A DNA stretch of 62,871 nucleotides, filler included, from Stramenopiles sp. TOSAG23-2 (GCA_900128395.1; 23 parts of 23 records of this genome joined end to end with filler, not necessarily neighbours in it), one strand, 5' to 3'. Shown: positions 1-12,587, counted from the first letter of the whole stretch. Numbers and translations are program-made. Notes: a model not told the origin generated them from the sequence alone.

Positions 1-1
1 A

Positions 2-394
2 GATGAATGCAATGGCCGTGAAGTTAATGGCACATACCAATACCATGTTCGTACATTGGATCAAGTCGATGGTGCTGGCTCCTATTGCGATGGTACAAAA
101 GCAGCTATTACATGGAAGTATCATATTGGATGTTATCATGGTGACATTTCCACTACAACTGTTGGAAGTAGATTAACCACGGCACTTCCATCAGATTGTG
201 TTAAAGTTGCTTCAATTGGTAGTGATAATTTATCTAGCTCATGTAGCATTAGTACAATTGGTTATATTGGTATTGCAATAGGTGCCATAGTTGGTGCACT
301 TTTACTTGGATTTCTCTTTTACAAAGTATTAAAAATGAAAAAAAGTGGTGCTGCAAAGGATAATAACAAAGGAACCGAATTGTCTACGGTTTAA
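2..394 (+). CDS. C-terminal fragment of a YHYH-like domain protein with a single C-terminal TM helix (5' truncated)
   Basis: Frame open from base 2: DECNGREVNGTYQYHV...KYHIGCYHG matches the YHYH-family DECNG/YxYH/IGC pattern. Hydrophobic IGIAIGAIVGALLLGFLF is followed by a basic tail. Confidence 0.65.
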   Translation, partial: DECNGREVNGTYQYHVRTLDQVDGAGSYCDGTKAAITWKYHIGCYHGDISTTTVGSRLTTALPSDCVKVASIGSDNLSSSCSISTIGYIGIAIGAIVGALLLGFLFYKVLKMKKSGAAKDNNKGTELSTV

Positions 395-814
395 CAAATA
401 TGTGTGATACCCCGAATAAAACGTACGAGAGTATGATATGCATATTATTTTTTTTAATAAAAAATTTATATATTATATATGTAATACGAAAGTTCGTATC
501 TCGGAGAGAGAGAGAGAAGTTAGCGCCTATAATACACACACGTGTGTGTGTTTGTTTTTTTAATAATTAGCGCGCTTTATAAAATGCATTAATTTGTGTG
601 TGGTGCCAAGAAAAAAAATTATGCATACGTATGATTTACGTATAGTAAAAAGAAAAAAATATTTATACGTACGGTATGAAATGCATATTATAAAAAAAAA
701 GTAGCACATTTTAATATGCATATCATTTTACCTTTAAATAGCTATACGAACTATGACATGTACGTACAAAGAGTACACGCGTATGTGGGGGGAACTTTTA
801 CATCTTTTACATCT

Positions 815-2659
815 TCACATGTTCCGTTCCAATTCATTGATCAATAATGGAATATAATTTGGTGATAAATGCGTTCCATCCAATTCATATTCTTTTTTTA
901 ACATTCCATTGTTATCTAATAAATCATCAAAAAAATCTCCAATCCATATCATCACATTTTTATTACGTTTTAAAACATATTCCTTTAAAACTTTATTGAA
1001 TTTAATTACCATTAACCGTGTTTCATTTAATACAGGTATTACTGGATGTATAAATGCTTTAAATTTTTTTGCCGCAATTAAATCTTCCAATGCTTTCATA
1101 TAAATTTCTACAACATGTCGAATACCAGCATCTACATCTTTATAACGATCTTTCTCCACTGCAAGTAATATTCCTTCTCTACAATCAATTTCACAAAAAA
1201 CAAAAACGACAGTGCTTTCCAAAGGTATTTTATTTGTAACATTTTTAAAATTTACTTTTGGGTAAAATTTACTTTCCGGTCTTAAATGATATGCCTTCAC
1301 TCCTGTTGCTAATGCTGGTATCAATCTACAATCTTGATTTTGTAATTTTACTTTTCTCCATGCTAATGGCAAAGTATGACTATCACCACAGATATATATT
1401 GGTTTCTCATTAGTAATACTAGGCGTCGTTTCATTTTTCTTTTCATCATCCAATTTTCCAGTTGCTTGTTTATTATCATTTGAAATTAAAGTTACTAATA
1501 ATTGTGCAATGCAACAATAATATGCATGTTCATTTCGTACAGTAGTTTTGTGTAAACTAAAATGTTTACGTACTATTTCAATTAAATAGACTAAACGTGG
1601 AAGCACTTGTATTTCCCCAATACAAAATAAAATTTTTACAATTGTAAAATACAATGCTATATGATCCAACTCCTCATTTGTCAATTTTTTCTCCGGAGAA
1701 GCTAATTTTAACATTGCTGGGGTAAATATTGGTAATGTATGATCATCCGGTTCACTAATAATAGCATGTGAATGATCACCACTTTGCCATTTAATTTCAA
1801 ATTCATTTGGATTCACATTAAATTTCAATGTATTTATTGGATATTTTTTCGATTCATCCGTTTTCTTTGTTTTTTGTGTCGTACTACTATCATCGCCATT
1901 TTCATCCGTTATTTCTGTTTTATGAGGAAGTTTTGATAATGCCAATAAAATATCTTCATCTAAAATAGATCGTATACCTTTTGTACCATTATACATATTC
2001 CATTTTAAAAAACGTTCAGCCGTACTAAGTGCTTTACGAAAGTTTCCTCCAATTTCATATACATGCATCAAATTTAATGCATAACTTGCACTGCTTGGTG
2101 TAGCTTCAATTGCTTTTTCATACAATATGGATGAAGATAAAATTTTACCATGATCTTTTAAAATGGTACCTAAAAATGCCAATGCACTTGATAATCCACT
2201 TCCCGTCTCACCAACAAACGTTTCCATTAAATCTTTCATACCCCCATCTGCACTTATCATTTCACAAATATGTTCTCGTAATAATTTATTTTCACTATCT
2301 TTAACAATACCTTTTAATAAAATTTGTATTGCAGCTGCTTTTTGCGAACGTTCCCATGCAGCTTTTGCATATAATATCAATGATGGTATAAATTCCTCCG
2401 TTTCTTTAAAAATATTTTGAACAATATTTATGCCAGCATCTTGTTCTCCAGCATCATATAATACATTTGCCATTTTCACTTTTAACGTTAAAATGGAATG
2501 AACTTTCTGTTCTTTTGTTATTTGTGGTGGTGGTGAGGATGAACCATTATTTTTTTCCTTTAATATAGAATGTAATGAAGAATCATATGCTTTTAAACTT
2601 TCTTTATATTGTTTCATATAATAATATGCATCCCCCATGTATTCTAAAACTTTTGAATT
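815..2659 (-). CDS. TPR-repeat protein with C-terminal SGNH/GDSL-like hydrolase domain (5' truncated)
   Basis: TPR-like helices (MGDAYYYMKQYKESLKAYDSSL; ALAFLGTILKDHGKILSSSILYEKAI). SGNH-like blocks IYICGDSH, EIDCREG and DGTH. Confidence 0.75.
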   Translation of the reverse strand, partial: NSKVLEYMGDAYYYMKQYKESLKAYDSSLHSILKEKNNGSSSPPPQITKEQKVHSILTLKVKMANVLYDAGEQDAGINIVQNIFKETEEFIPSLILYAKAAWERSQKAAAIQILLKGIVKDSENKLLREHICEMISADGGMKDLMETFVGETGSGLSSALAFLGTILKDHGKILSSSILYEKAIEATPSSASYALNLMHVYEIGGNFRKALSTAERFLKWNMYNGTKGIRSILDEDILLALSKLPHKTEITDENGDDSSTTQKTKKTDESKKYPINTLKFNVNPNEFEIKWQSGDHSHAIISEPDDHTLPIFTPAMLKLASPEKKLTNEELDHIALYFTIVKILFCIGEIQVLPRLVYLIEIVRKHFSLHKTTVRNEHAYYCCIAQLLVTLISNDNKQATGKLDDEKKNETTPSITNEKPIYICGDSHTLPLAWRKVKLQNQDCRLIPALATGVKAYHLRPESKFYPKVNFKNVTNKIPLESTVVFVFCEIDCREGILLAVEKDRYKDVDAGIRHVVEIYMKALEDLIAAKKFKAFIHPVIPVLNETRLMVIKFNKVLKEYVLKRNKNVMIWIGDFFDDLLDNNGMLKKEYELDGTHLSPNYIPLLINELERNM

Positions 2660-2759
2660 NNNNNNNNNNNNNNNNNNNNNNNNNNNNNNNNNNNNNNNNN
2701 NNNTTAATTAATTAANNNNNNNNNNNNNNNNNNNNNNNNNNNNNNNNNNNNNNNNNNNN
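2660..2759. other. Artificial contig linker N44-TTAATTAATTAA-N44, first of 22. Others start at 5418, 8176, 10934, 13688, 16436, 19184, 21930, 24673, 27410, 30147, 32881, 35614, 38346, 41076, 43805, 46533, 49259, 51985, 54710, 57432, 60152
   Basis: Identical 100-nt spacer with stops in all six frames. Intervening contig lengths decline from 2659 to 2620. Confidence 0.99.
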
Positions 2760-5377
2760 TTTGTACCTGCTCTTTGCTGGACTTGAAATTTCAATTGGTC
2801 TTTCAATGTTTCATAGATATGATATTGTTTTAAATAATTTTCCAATCTCTTTCTCAAGTCTATAGTTGCTTCTGTTATTCGCAGATCTTTGTTTTTACGT
2901 ATGTTTTGAGCATTTAATTTCTTTTTGTTTTGTGTATCTAAACGTGCTCTAGCAGTTGCCGCTTCTTGCAATTTCCGTTTAAGCACAACACTTTGCCGAT
3001 CATGTGCTGTTTTTAATTTTTGATACTCAATTTGACGCTTGTGATTTTCTTTTTTTAACTTTGATAATTGCATCTCTTGTTTTGCTTTGAAATGTCGAAA
3101 TTTCTCCCCAGCTTTCACTTTTTGTTTCGTTAATTTCACTTTTTCTATTTTCATGTTACTGATATCTTTTTGAAGTTGATAAATTTTATTGTCAGCTGAA
3201 CTTTTCAGCTTTAACAATCTTTGCTGTTGAATTTGTTTCTGTTTCAAACTAGCCAATTGCCTTTCTAATTTACGTAACTTGGTTTTATATTTCGTAACAT
3301 TCTCATTTGTTGGCTCATTTTTAGCACGTTGCAAATCGCGCAATAATTTCTCTCTATCCTCTGTTAATGTCTTCACCTCAGTAGATAATTTTTTCATATT
3401 AATTTCATACATTTTTTTCATTTTTTCAACCTTATCATCTGTCATATTTCCATTAATTCTTTTGATTAAATCTTCTTTTTGTTTCATACTCGATTCTATT
3501 TGATTTATTTTTTCGCCTAATGAATTTTGTTTCGACTGATGTTCATGCTCTGCAAATTGGATAGATGCTGATATTTCTTCAACTTCTTTTTCGTCTTCTT
3601 CCTCGTTTTCTCCAAAAAGTCCATTATTTATTTTATTTGAAATAACGTTGCCATTTTGAAATTCATCGTACATGCTTAATAATTCTTTTTCAAAATTAAT
3701 ATTATCTATACTAGCATTAGGTTTCAATGTAATCTCAGCTTCAAGTCGTTCTACCTTACATCTTAATACTTTAATTTCATTCATTTTTTCTTCCAATACA
3801 CTTTGCTTAGAGCTACCGTTATCAAAATAGCCATTAACTAGAATATTTTGATCATTTTCTTCCATAGCTAATTTCAATCGATCTCGCTCAGCTTCTACAG
3901 CAAGTAGTTCATCCATATGATCTTTACATTTTTTTGTCATCGCTTGCAAAGCGTAATCTAAACGTATATTTTCATCCGCCAAATTTCGTTTATCCTGTTT
4001 TAAAATCACATTTTCTTTTTCCATGTCTGAAAATTGTTTCGAATAATTGGTATTGATGCTACTGCTATTACTACCACTTGTCGCATTATCATTTCTAAAA
4101 TCTATATTTCCTTTTCCTTGTAATAATTGTTTTTGTAACAAAGTGACTTGTTGCCTTAAACGTTGCATTTCTAATTGTGTTGGATCTGTATTTACAATTG
4201 GCTTGTTTTTAATGTTTCTAGCACGATGGGCATATCTCAATGTATTGATAGTTTCGTCAACATTACTATCGGAGGGAGAAACGCATGCAATCATTGCAGT
4301 GTAACTATTACCACCTAATGAATCTTGTAAAATCCTTGTTAATTTACTATTACGATATGGAACATGAATTTCACTCCTTTTTTTCGTTGGATCACCTAAG
4401 GCACTGATAACATTGCCTAATGCTAATAATCCTTTATTAATATTTATACCCTCTCTTAAACGACTACCTGCTGCTTTTGTTTTTTTCACACGTTCCGATC
4501 CAGCAAGATCTACTAAGTGAAATTTTGAACATGTTGGAGCACAATTTTGACAATCGTTATTGTTATTTGATTCCAAATTTTCACGATGTATAGAAATTGT
4601 AAATATTGCATGTGATCGACTTGATTCTGCGTTCATGTTGGTGGATCCAGTTTGACGGACAAGGCTACCACGTTTTAAACGTTGATAAATTTCATCAACA
4701 TTACTAACGGATTCTTCAGATAATCCTGCTAAAATAATCTCTCCTTCTTGGTTTTCACGAACATTTATTGTTGGATGTTTAATTGATTTGGATCTAACCG
4801 TAGGAACATTATTGTTTGTATTAACACCCGCTCCATTATTAAGATCATTTTCATCTAACATATTGATATTTTTCTTGTTTGACAAGAAAAGTAAATCGTT
4901 AATATTTTCATTGTGTATTTCAAGAAATGATACATTAACTTTATATTCCGCAATATTGTCTTTTTCCTCTTGTTCGATTCGATTGAAAATACTATTGATT
5001 ACACGTGGAGTAATCCCAACAAATTCTTCTTGCAAAGATTCATTGTACGCTGTACCCATGGTATATGTTTTACCACTCCCAGTTTGTCCATATGCTAATA
5101 AAGTTGCATTGTATCCTTGAAATAATTTTGTTTCAAGTGGCTTAACAATATCATTGTATATTTCTTCTTGCTTTGATGCAATTCCATATGCAAAGTCGAA
5201 CGCAAAGCATCTATCTTTCCCTAATATTGCCTGTGCAGTTTTCTTATCTACATTGACAACATTGTTTTCACCTTTTCGTTTTTCAGACGTTATCAAAGGT
5301 CGAACACGAACTGCTACACGAACAGGTAATTCACTTGTTTTTGACGTCGTCCCTACTACATTATTATTCTCTTCCAT
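2760..5377 (-). CDS. Kinesin-4 family (KIF4/KIF21/KIF27-like) motor protein (3' truncated)
   Basis: VRVAVRVRP, P-loop GQTGSGKT, NAESSRSHAIF, LVDLAGSER, HVPYRNSKLTRILQDSLGGN, then a long coiled coil. Confidence 0.95.
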
Positions 5378-5517
5378 TATATTAGTACGTATAAATTTAT
5401 AAAATATATTGTATAAANNNNNNNNNNNNNNNNNNNNNNNNNNNNNNNNNNNNNNNNNNNNTTAATTAATTAANNNNNNNNNNNNNNNNNNNNNNNNNNN
5501 NNNNNNNNNNNNNNNNN

Positions 5518-5735
5518 AACGATGAATATATTACGGAACTTAATGATTTCATATCTAACATCAGAAGTATTGTATAGATGATTTCCATTCCAGCACCACC
5601 ACTTGGTAATACATCAATGAATGACAGATCGGCATTATCTACATTAGCCTTTTCAGTAACAACATCAACACTATTGATCTTCCCATCATTATTGATCTTC
5701 CCATCATCAATATTTTTGGTTGCAATAATACCCAT
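5518..5735 (-). CDS. Probable F-box protein N-terminus (3' truncated)
   Basis: FIDVLP...EIIYTILLMLDMKSLSSV resembles the F-box consensus LPxEIxxxILxxLDxxSL. Confidence 0.5.
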
Positions 5736-5955
5736 ATATCTCCGTTGTTCCTTCTTTCAATTTATTTATTAATTTTAATATGAATATTTATATATGTATT
5801 GCTTATGACAAGAGGTTTTACTTGTGGTGAAATTTTTTTTTATTTTTTCCTTTTTCTTCCTTGCCACACTGTATATGCCAGTATGTGTATTTTCACTTTT
5901 TTTCTTCCGCGTAGAGTAGTGCCGTATAAAAATAATCATCATCACACAACAGGCA

Positions 5956-5988
5956 GAATTGAATTGAATTGAATTGAATTGAATTGAA
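5956..5988. repeat. (GAATT)n microsatellite; a (TA)n tract follows at about 6069-6095
   Basis: Direct reading of the sequence. Confidence 0.9.
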
Positions 5989-6062
5989 CCATGATTGAAC
6001 AACTAAGAAAATGTTGAACTAAAGAATATATATATAATATATAGAGATAGTGAATCACAAAG

Positions 6063-6100
<38 letters not shown>

Positions 6101-6146
6101 ATAGCCCTGATGCAAAATATCAATCACTGCAGTCCAGTATTGTGCA

Positions 6147-6647
6147 TTACTTACGTCCGCGTCCTCTGCCGCCTCTGCCTCCTCGTCCGCGACTCGGTGG
6201 GCCTCTGCCTCTACCGCCGCCTCTGCCTCGTCCTGGGGCTATTCACATTTTTACAAGCAAAGACATAATATTTATTATTCCAAAGAGAAAGGGGGGGGAA
6301 ATTAAAGAAAATTTATTCCAAAAAAAAAGAGGAAATCAAAGAAAATATGTAAACGTATATGCAAACGGATTATGTTAGTTGCTGTTTTCAATACCACATA
6401 TATTGGAGTTCATACTTACGCCCACGTCCTCTAGGTGGACCTCGACCTCTCGGAGCTTTAATATTAGTGAAAAATATGTATACATTCAATGTTAGTTATA
6501 AAAGAGCTTCTTCTAGTTTTTCAATATAGGAATGGTAGTTGTTGTAATGAGAGAAGGTAAAAATAAAAGCAGAATGAAGAAGAAATTTAGTGTGCAAGTT
6601 TTTTTGTTGTACTCACGCCCACGTGGCGGTGGTCCACGTCCAGCCAT
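6147..6647 (-). CDS. Spliced small Arg/Gly/Pro-rich (RGG/RG) protein; exons 6647-6617, 6455-6420, 6238-6147 (or to 6155 if a third intron follows)
   Basis: ATG at 6647, donors GTGAGT and GTAAGT, acceptors AAG and TAG. Joined frame: MAGRGPPPRGPPRGRGPPRGRGPPGRGRGGGRGRGPPSRGRGGRGGRGRGRK*. The exons are GC-rich islands in AT-rich introns. Confidence 0.75.
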
Positions 6648-7202
6648 AACTATTTAAATGAATATTGTACAAAAATATTTACGTCTTGATCTATTTGATC
6701 ATATATCTATTATATAATCTCGACGGATAGTTGTATTGTATTGCATCCCTTTTACTCACTCCATACACATCTATATATTAGTAATATATATATATCGATA
6801 AGCTTTTATTAATTTAAACGTTATGTGATTGGGCAATTGAAAAAATGTTCAGATTTGGCATAGCAGCATACTAGCACTAATACATGTTATAAATCGAGGA
6901 AGAAATTTATAACTTAAACTAGTAACCAAAATAGCCATCGAAATGCGGAATGGTGATTTTTGTAATTTTTTGATATTCTAATATCTAATATCCCTTTCAA
7001 GTATAAATTATGTGTCATTTGATAGGTAAATCATGGTACAACTTGTATTTATTTGATATTCTAATTTCCTATTCAAGTATAAATTAGGTGTCATTTGATA
7101 GAGGATAGAGGTATCAAAGTGCATTCTTATTCCTTAATCCTTAATCGTAGATATCAAAGGATACCGGGGACATGTAAAATAATTGAGTGTAAAAATATAT
7201 AC

Positions 7203-7401
7203 ACTAACACCGTGTCTCGTACTATAATAAAATATCTTTTTTACTTCTTTTTAAAAAAAGAGCTTTTTTTAAATTTATACTGTACACGACGCATACAAAT
7301 ATATACTAACACCGTGTCTCGTACTATAATAAAATATCTTTTTTACTTCTTTTTAAAAAAAGAGCTTTTTTTAAATTTATATTGTACACGACGCATACAA
7401 A
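7203..7401. repeat. Tandem duplication, period 102 bp
   Basis: ACTAACACCGTGTCTCGTAC...CGACGCATACAAA starts at 7203 and 7305, with one C/T mismatch. Confidence 0.9.
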
Positions 7402-7463
7402 GCATGAGCATAATTTATAAAACCACCCTTTTTCCTGTTGCGGACACTGTGAAATCTAATATC

Positions 7464-8175
7464 TTATGATAACTCTTCAAGTGCACCAAATGCAAACTGA
7501 TGTCCTTGATCTGCTGCTTTTCTATACCATTCAACTGCTTTTGCTTTATCCATTGTAACGCCATAACCATTCGCATACATATAACCAACGTTACATTGAC
7601 CACTTGCAAATCCTTGTTCTGCTGATTTTGTATACCATTCAACTGCTTTTTTGCCATCCTTTGTAACACCTCGACCATTTTGATACATTACGCCAAGATT
7701 AAATTGACCACGTGCATGTCCTTGTTCTGCTGCTTTTGTATACCATTCAACTGCTTTTTTGTCATACCACTTGCAAATCCTTGTTCTGCTGATTTTGTAT
7801 ACCATTCAACTGCTTTTTTGTAATCCATTGTAACACCGTCACCATTGTGATACATTGTACCAAGACCACATTGACCACGTGTATCTCCTTGTTCTGCTGC
7901 TTTTGTATACCATTCAACTGCTTTTTTGTAATCCTTTGTAACACCTCGACCATTTTCATACATGATACCAAGATTACATTGACCCTGTGCATATCCTTGT
8001 TCCGCTGCTTTTGTATACCATTCAAATGCTTTTTTGTCATCCTTTGTAACACCTCGACCAGTACGATACATAGAACCAAGTTTATATTGACTACGTGCAT
8101 GTCCTTTTTCCGCTGATTTTGTATACCATTCAACTGCTTTTTTGTAATCCTTTGTAACACCATAACCATTTTTAT
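7464..8175 (-). CDS. Sel1-like repeat protein (5' truncated; frame broken by a 49-bp deletion at about 7765)
   Basis: 36-aa repeats of the form QxxLGxMYxNGxGVTKDxKKAVEWYTKAAEQG. One unit is 59 nt instead of 108 nt, which shifts the frame. Confidence 0.92.
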
Positions 8176-8275
8176 NNNNNNNNNNNNNNNNNNNNNNNNN
8201 NNNNNNNNNNNNNNNNNNNTTAATTAATTAANNNNNNNNNNNNNNNNNNNNNNNNNNNNNNNNNNNNNNNNNNNN

Positions 8276-9495
8276 AATGATTCCTCTACTAGCAATGCAA
8301 CAGGATTCATAGTCAGTCCAAACTTTGTACAGGGATTGATTGCAACAAGCCATGTGGCTAAATTTGCAACAGATTTTGCAATATCACTGACATTTTCCCC
8401 GCCAGTAGATTTCATTATATTGAAAGTTATTTCTTCATCTACGGCTCGACCGTACATTAAATATCCTAAAATTGCAATTGAAGTATAAAACGTAAAGCAA
8501 ACAAAATACGATGTATTTAAAACGGCATTATAATCTCTTTGGTTTGCTAGTGATAATTTGATGGAAGGAAAGCATGCATGGCCAGCAAATCCTACCATCA
8601 CAAGACCAATACTGAATGGGGCAGAGTTTATATCAGTATATGTATCTGTAGCTGCTGGATCAATGTAAGAACCGCCACCATATTCGGCATCTTTCTTTAA
8701 AATGTATCCTAGATAAATCACAGATAAACAAAGAAACGTACTTGCAAAAGTTCCAATGACAGAAAAGTAGGAGAGAAAACTTAATTTCGATGTCAATGCA
8801 GTCGGCACCATAATTGCTGCTCCTATTAACGTCCAAAATCGTTGCGTATATTGTGGAAACAATGTATGAAGATTATCACCAGTCAAAATTAAATACATAC
8901 CACATGCAGAAAACAATTCTAAAAAAAATGTTATGGTAATTATATATTGCCCAGCACTTCCGAACGCTGCTTTGCCGATATCACCAAAACTTCGAATGTT
9001 CTCTACATCTCTATCCATCATTTTACCAATAAGCTTACCAGTATGATTTGTCACGATTGTTAAAAAGACAAGCAAACCAACACCTACATACCAACCAGCA
9101 CATTTGATAGCATATGGTAAAGATAGAACACCAACACCTAAAAGTAAATTCACGCCGTTTGCACTTGCTCCAAAATAACTAGAACCTTCACTTTGTAACT
9201 CTTTTTCTTGTTCTTTTGTATATTCAGCGGTAGAGTCTAATAACTCATACGATTGCCTGCTTATGGTATCTTCATATATACCAACCCCATCACTGCTTTG
9301 CTGTACGAGCCTACTCCGTGGTGTTTTTCTAGACCTTGGAGTACGCGAAGATGCCATAGACGCCAGTGCATCCTCTAATTTTGGACTAAATACTGGTGAA
9401 GAATAAGAACCTTCCATTAGCTCATCTACTTTTGTTACATATTGCAAATCACGTTTTGATGGCGTTAACGATGGTTGTCGATAGATATCATCCAT
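8276..9495 (-). CDS. Amino acid transporter, AAAP/AVT1-like vacuolar type (3' truncated)
   Basis: NGVNLLLGVGVLSLPYA, SFGDIGKAAFG, FAGHACFPSI, GYLMYG, TKFGLTMNPVA; many TM segments. Confidence 0.9.
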
Positions 9496-9620
9496 TTTCT
9501 CCTCCTTTTTGTCTGTTAGTTTCTTCTTCTAAAAATATGATAATCAAAGCTATCTCTATATATATACACGTTTCTATGATTTTGTTCGCTTTTTCAATAT
9601 TATAATATCAATATGTATAA

Positions 9621-10899
9621 TTTGTCTTCATTAAATTTTTATATTTCAGCATGACAACACAAAGTTCTGTTGGTTTCGGTGATATTGTACCTGTATCTGT
9701 AACAGCACGTTTTTTTGCAAACTTACAAATGTTTATAGGTTTATTTTTTGGTAGTATAATTGTTTCTATGAATTTAAGCACTTTGAGACAAGCAGTTGCA
9801 AGAGCAAAGCGTAAAAGGAAATTAACTAATTTAAGCGAATCAATGTATCATCGATTAGGCAATCATAATGAGTTAGATAGTTCATTCGCATCGAATGGAG
9901 GTTTTTCCGATCGTCTCGACGATGATATTAATAACCACCGTGAAAGGAGCTTGGATATTTTAAATCCTAGTGGACACGGGTCAACCATGACATTTAATAA
10001 TGTCAATGCATCAAGATCACACAGTACCCGTAAACATAATAATAAATCAAGACAAAATTCTTTAGATAGAAAGAAAAAAGATTCATGCAAAGGCTGTAAA
10101 ATATGTTTTAAACGTGTAACAAGGTTGAAATGGGTAACTAAAGTCCGTCGTTTCATACGGAAATGGTTACTTTTTCGTTTCTTGCATATTACAAGCATTG
10201 CATTTATTATTATTGTATCATTATGATCCAAACTTATTTTCATTGGATAATGATAACCATCAAGATAAAAATTTTATTTCCTCTGCATTCATTTTATCGC
10301 TAATCATTCAAATATTACATTTATCAATGGTAGTTTCAACAAGCTTGAAATATGTACGACATAGTGAAAATATAACTATAAATTTCTTAGTTCAATCATT
10401 CATAAGTGTATGCGTCCTATTTGCTGGAATGTATATTATGGTATTTTTATTTCAAAAACAAGATGCATGGCCGTTGAAGGAAGGAATCAAAGCTAGTGCG
10501 GGATTTTGGTATGTTTCAGGTGAATTTCTTTATTTATCTATTACGACAATGACAACCACAGGGTATGGAGATTTATCACCACGAAGTACTTTTGCAATTG
10601 CTATTGTTAGTTTACAAATTATTGCATCAGCAATGTTTATGCAGATTATTATTGCATTAGGTGTAAATATGATGACTGAGCAAATGGATGTCAATAGTAG
10701 TAATAGTAGTAGTGATGATGAAGACAATGGATATTTCGATTATGGTCTTGATGATGAGATGGAAAGCGTGGAACAGCATGGAAGGCATGGCAGCAGTAGT
10801 GGTAGCAATTTCAAAGATATGATTGGAAGAGGTACTGATACTGATGTTAGTGAAGTTGAAGGTCGTGAAGAGGATATAGTTTCTGGAATGTCGGATTGA
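9621..10899 (+). CDS. Potassium channel with two pore loops; lacks its 5' part and has a 1-nt frameshift in the T5 run at 10171-10175
   Basis: Pore motifs FLYFSMTTQSSVGFGD and FLYLSITTMTTTGYGD. Removing one T gives the continuous KWLLFVSCILQALHLLLLY. Confidence 0.85.
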
Positions 10900-11036
10900 A
10901 AAAGCGAAACTCTTTGAGATTTTAGAGCGAGATNNNNNNNNNNNNNNNNNNNNNNNNNNNNNNNNNNNNNNNNNNNNTTAATTAATTAANNNNNNNNNNN
11001 NNNNNNNNNNNNNNNNNNNNNNNNNNNNNNNNNTCA

Positions 11037-11084
11037 TTATACGACTCACCAAATGCACATTTTAAAGCAAAACGATTATTATAG
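11037..11084 (+). repeat. 48-bp dispersed repeat, exact reverse complement of 24619-24666
   Basis: TTATACGACTCACCAAATGCACATTTTAAAGCAAAACGATTATTATAG; both copies lie next to contig ends. Confidence 0.9.
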
Positions 11085-11188
11085 GCGCGCATTTTATATA
11101 TTTTAATACTCGTAATATTTAATAATACAACCCTTTTACTCTTTTACTTCTTTTTAATTTATCGTGTACTTAAATTTTTCTTCTACGT

Positions 11189-12587
11189 TCATAATAAACT
11201 ACCACCAAATTCCAACAATCCATGCCCAATTACATTTTTTCCACCATATTGAATCGTATATATAGATGTCCCTTCATGTACTTCAAAGGTATCATCTTGC
11301 ATTAAAAAACCATGTTTCCATTGATCCCGACTTACATGGATTTGTAAATATTCATTAACACCTTTTAAACCAATTGAAAAATACAAATCATCTGGTACTA
11401 AATGTCCAATTCCATGACCAACATTTTTTTTTCGCATTGTACCATTTTGGTGCAATCTCTTTCATATGTGTCATCCCATTAAATGGTATAATAGGTTGTG
11501 ATTTGCTTGGTCCCATCAATCCACCGGCAACCATATGTTTAAAACTAGTGCCATAATGCACAGCTGTTCCGGACATATGTGTATATGGATGGCCATTAAT
11601 AAATATTGGTTTTTCAAAGGACACGGTGCCAAGCCATATATAACGACTCATATTAGTCCATTCACGTTTACCAAAACTATGATCTCGAAACCCTGGTATA
11701 TTTTTTAAATTATAATTTTCTTGGTTTGTATCATGTCCAATATTTAAGTGAATAGAACCATTTACTGACAAACCCATTTCATAATGTTCTTGATGCTCTG
11801 ATTTTAAATTTTTAAAAAATTCGATGGTCCATGGTCGATTAGACATGGCTTTAGCAACTGTCATTTGGTCCCAATCTTTTTGATAATAAAATGCAGGATG
11901 AATGACATTAACATTTAAATTTAAATTTGCTTTCACTGATTTCCCATTCGAATGTTTTCGTACTTGCCCATTATATTTTAAATTCCATCGTTGCATTGGT
12001 ACTTTACATGTATATTCCAATTTATTTCCACGGCTATCAGATGCAAATATATTAATTTTTCCAGGTATTGAACGTTTTACAAAATCGTTTGGTATGGAAT
12101 ATGTTTCACCATTTATATCAAACATTAACCATGGTGTAACTTTACTGGCATTTTTTCCATGAAAACCTAAACGTGTCGTTACACATATTTGGTATTGGTC
12201 ATTTGGCGGGGTATTGCACCACCAATAGAAGCTATCATTGAAATGTTCACTTGTACTATTATCATAATGTCTACTTTCTAACCATTTTTCAGATTTTAAA
12301 TTTGATTGTCTCGGCCGAACTAATTTTGAAAATTTAATTAATATATAAGATAACATTACTTTCCATGTTGGTCCAGGTTTTGGCTCAAGAACTTCTTTGT
12401 TCGGCGGTGTATAACATGCTCTTTCAACAATAGTATATAAATAAATGATAGAAATATACAATATACCTATTGCAAGTCCAAAACAAGTAGTGAAAAATGA
12501 TTGATTTTCGATATAATTATTAGATATTATATCTTTCAAATAATAAAAAAAGCCATCATTATTATCCTCCACTAAAATAATTATCAT
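11189..12587 (-). CDS. Membrane-anchored protein with an RDHSxG motif (AttH/CrtC/tocopherol-cyclase-like fold); frameshift at the A9 run 11424-11432
   Basis: N-terminal TM segment, DSFYW, HYEMG, GFRDHSFGKREW. Removing one A joins NAKK to NVGHGIGHLVPDDLYF...GHGLLEFG. Confidence 0.6.

Noticed and set aside
6064..6378. Pro/Arg-rich + strand ORF
   Set aside because: Antisense of the RG exon; the splice signals are all on the minus strand.
7762..8169. Alternative-frame repeat ORFs in the Sel1 gene
   Set aside because: By-products of the 108-nt repeat.
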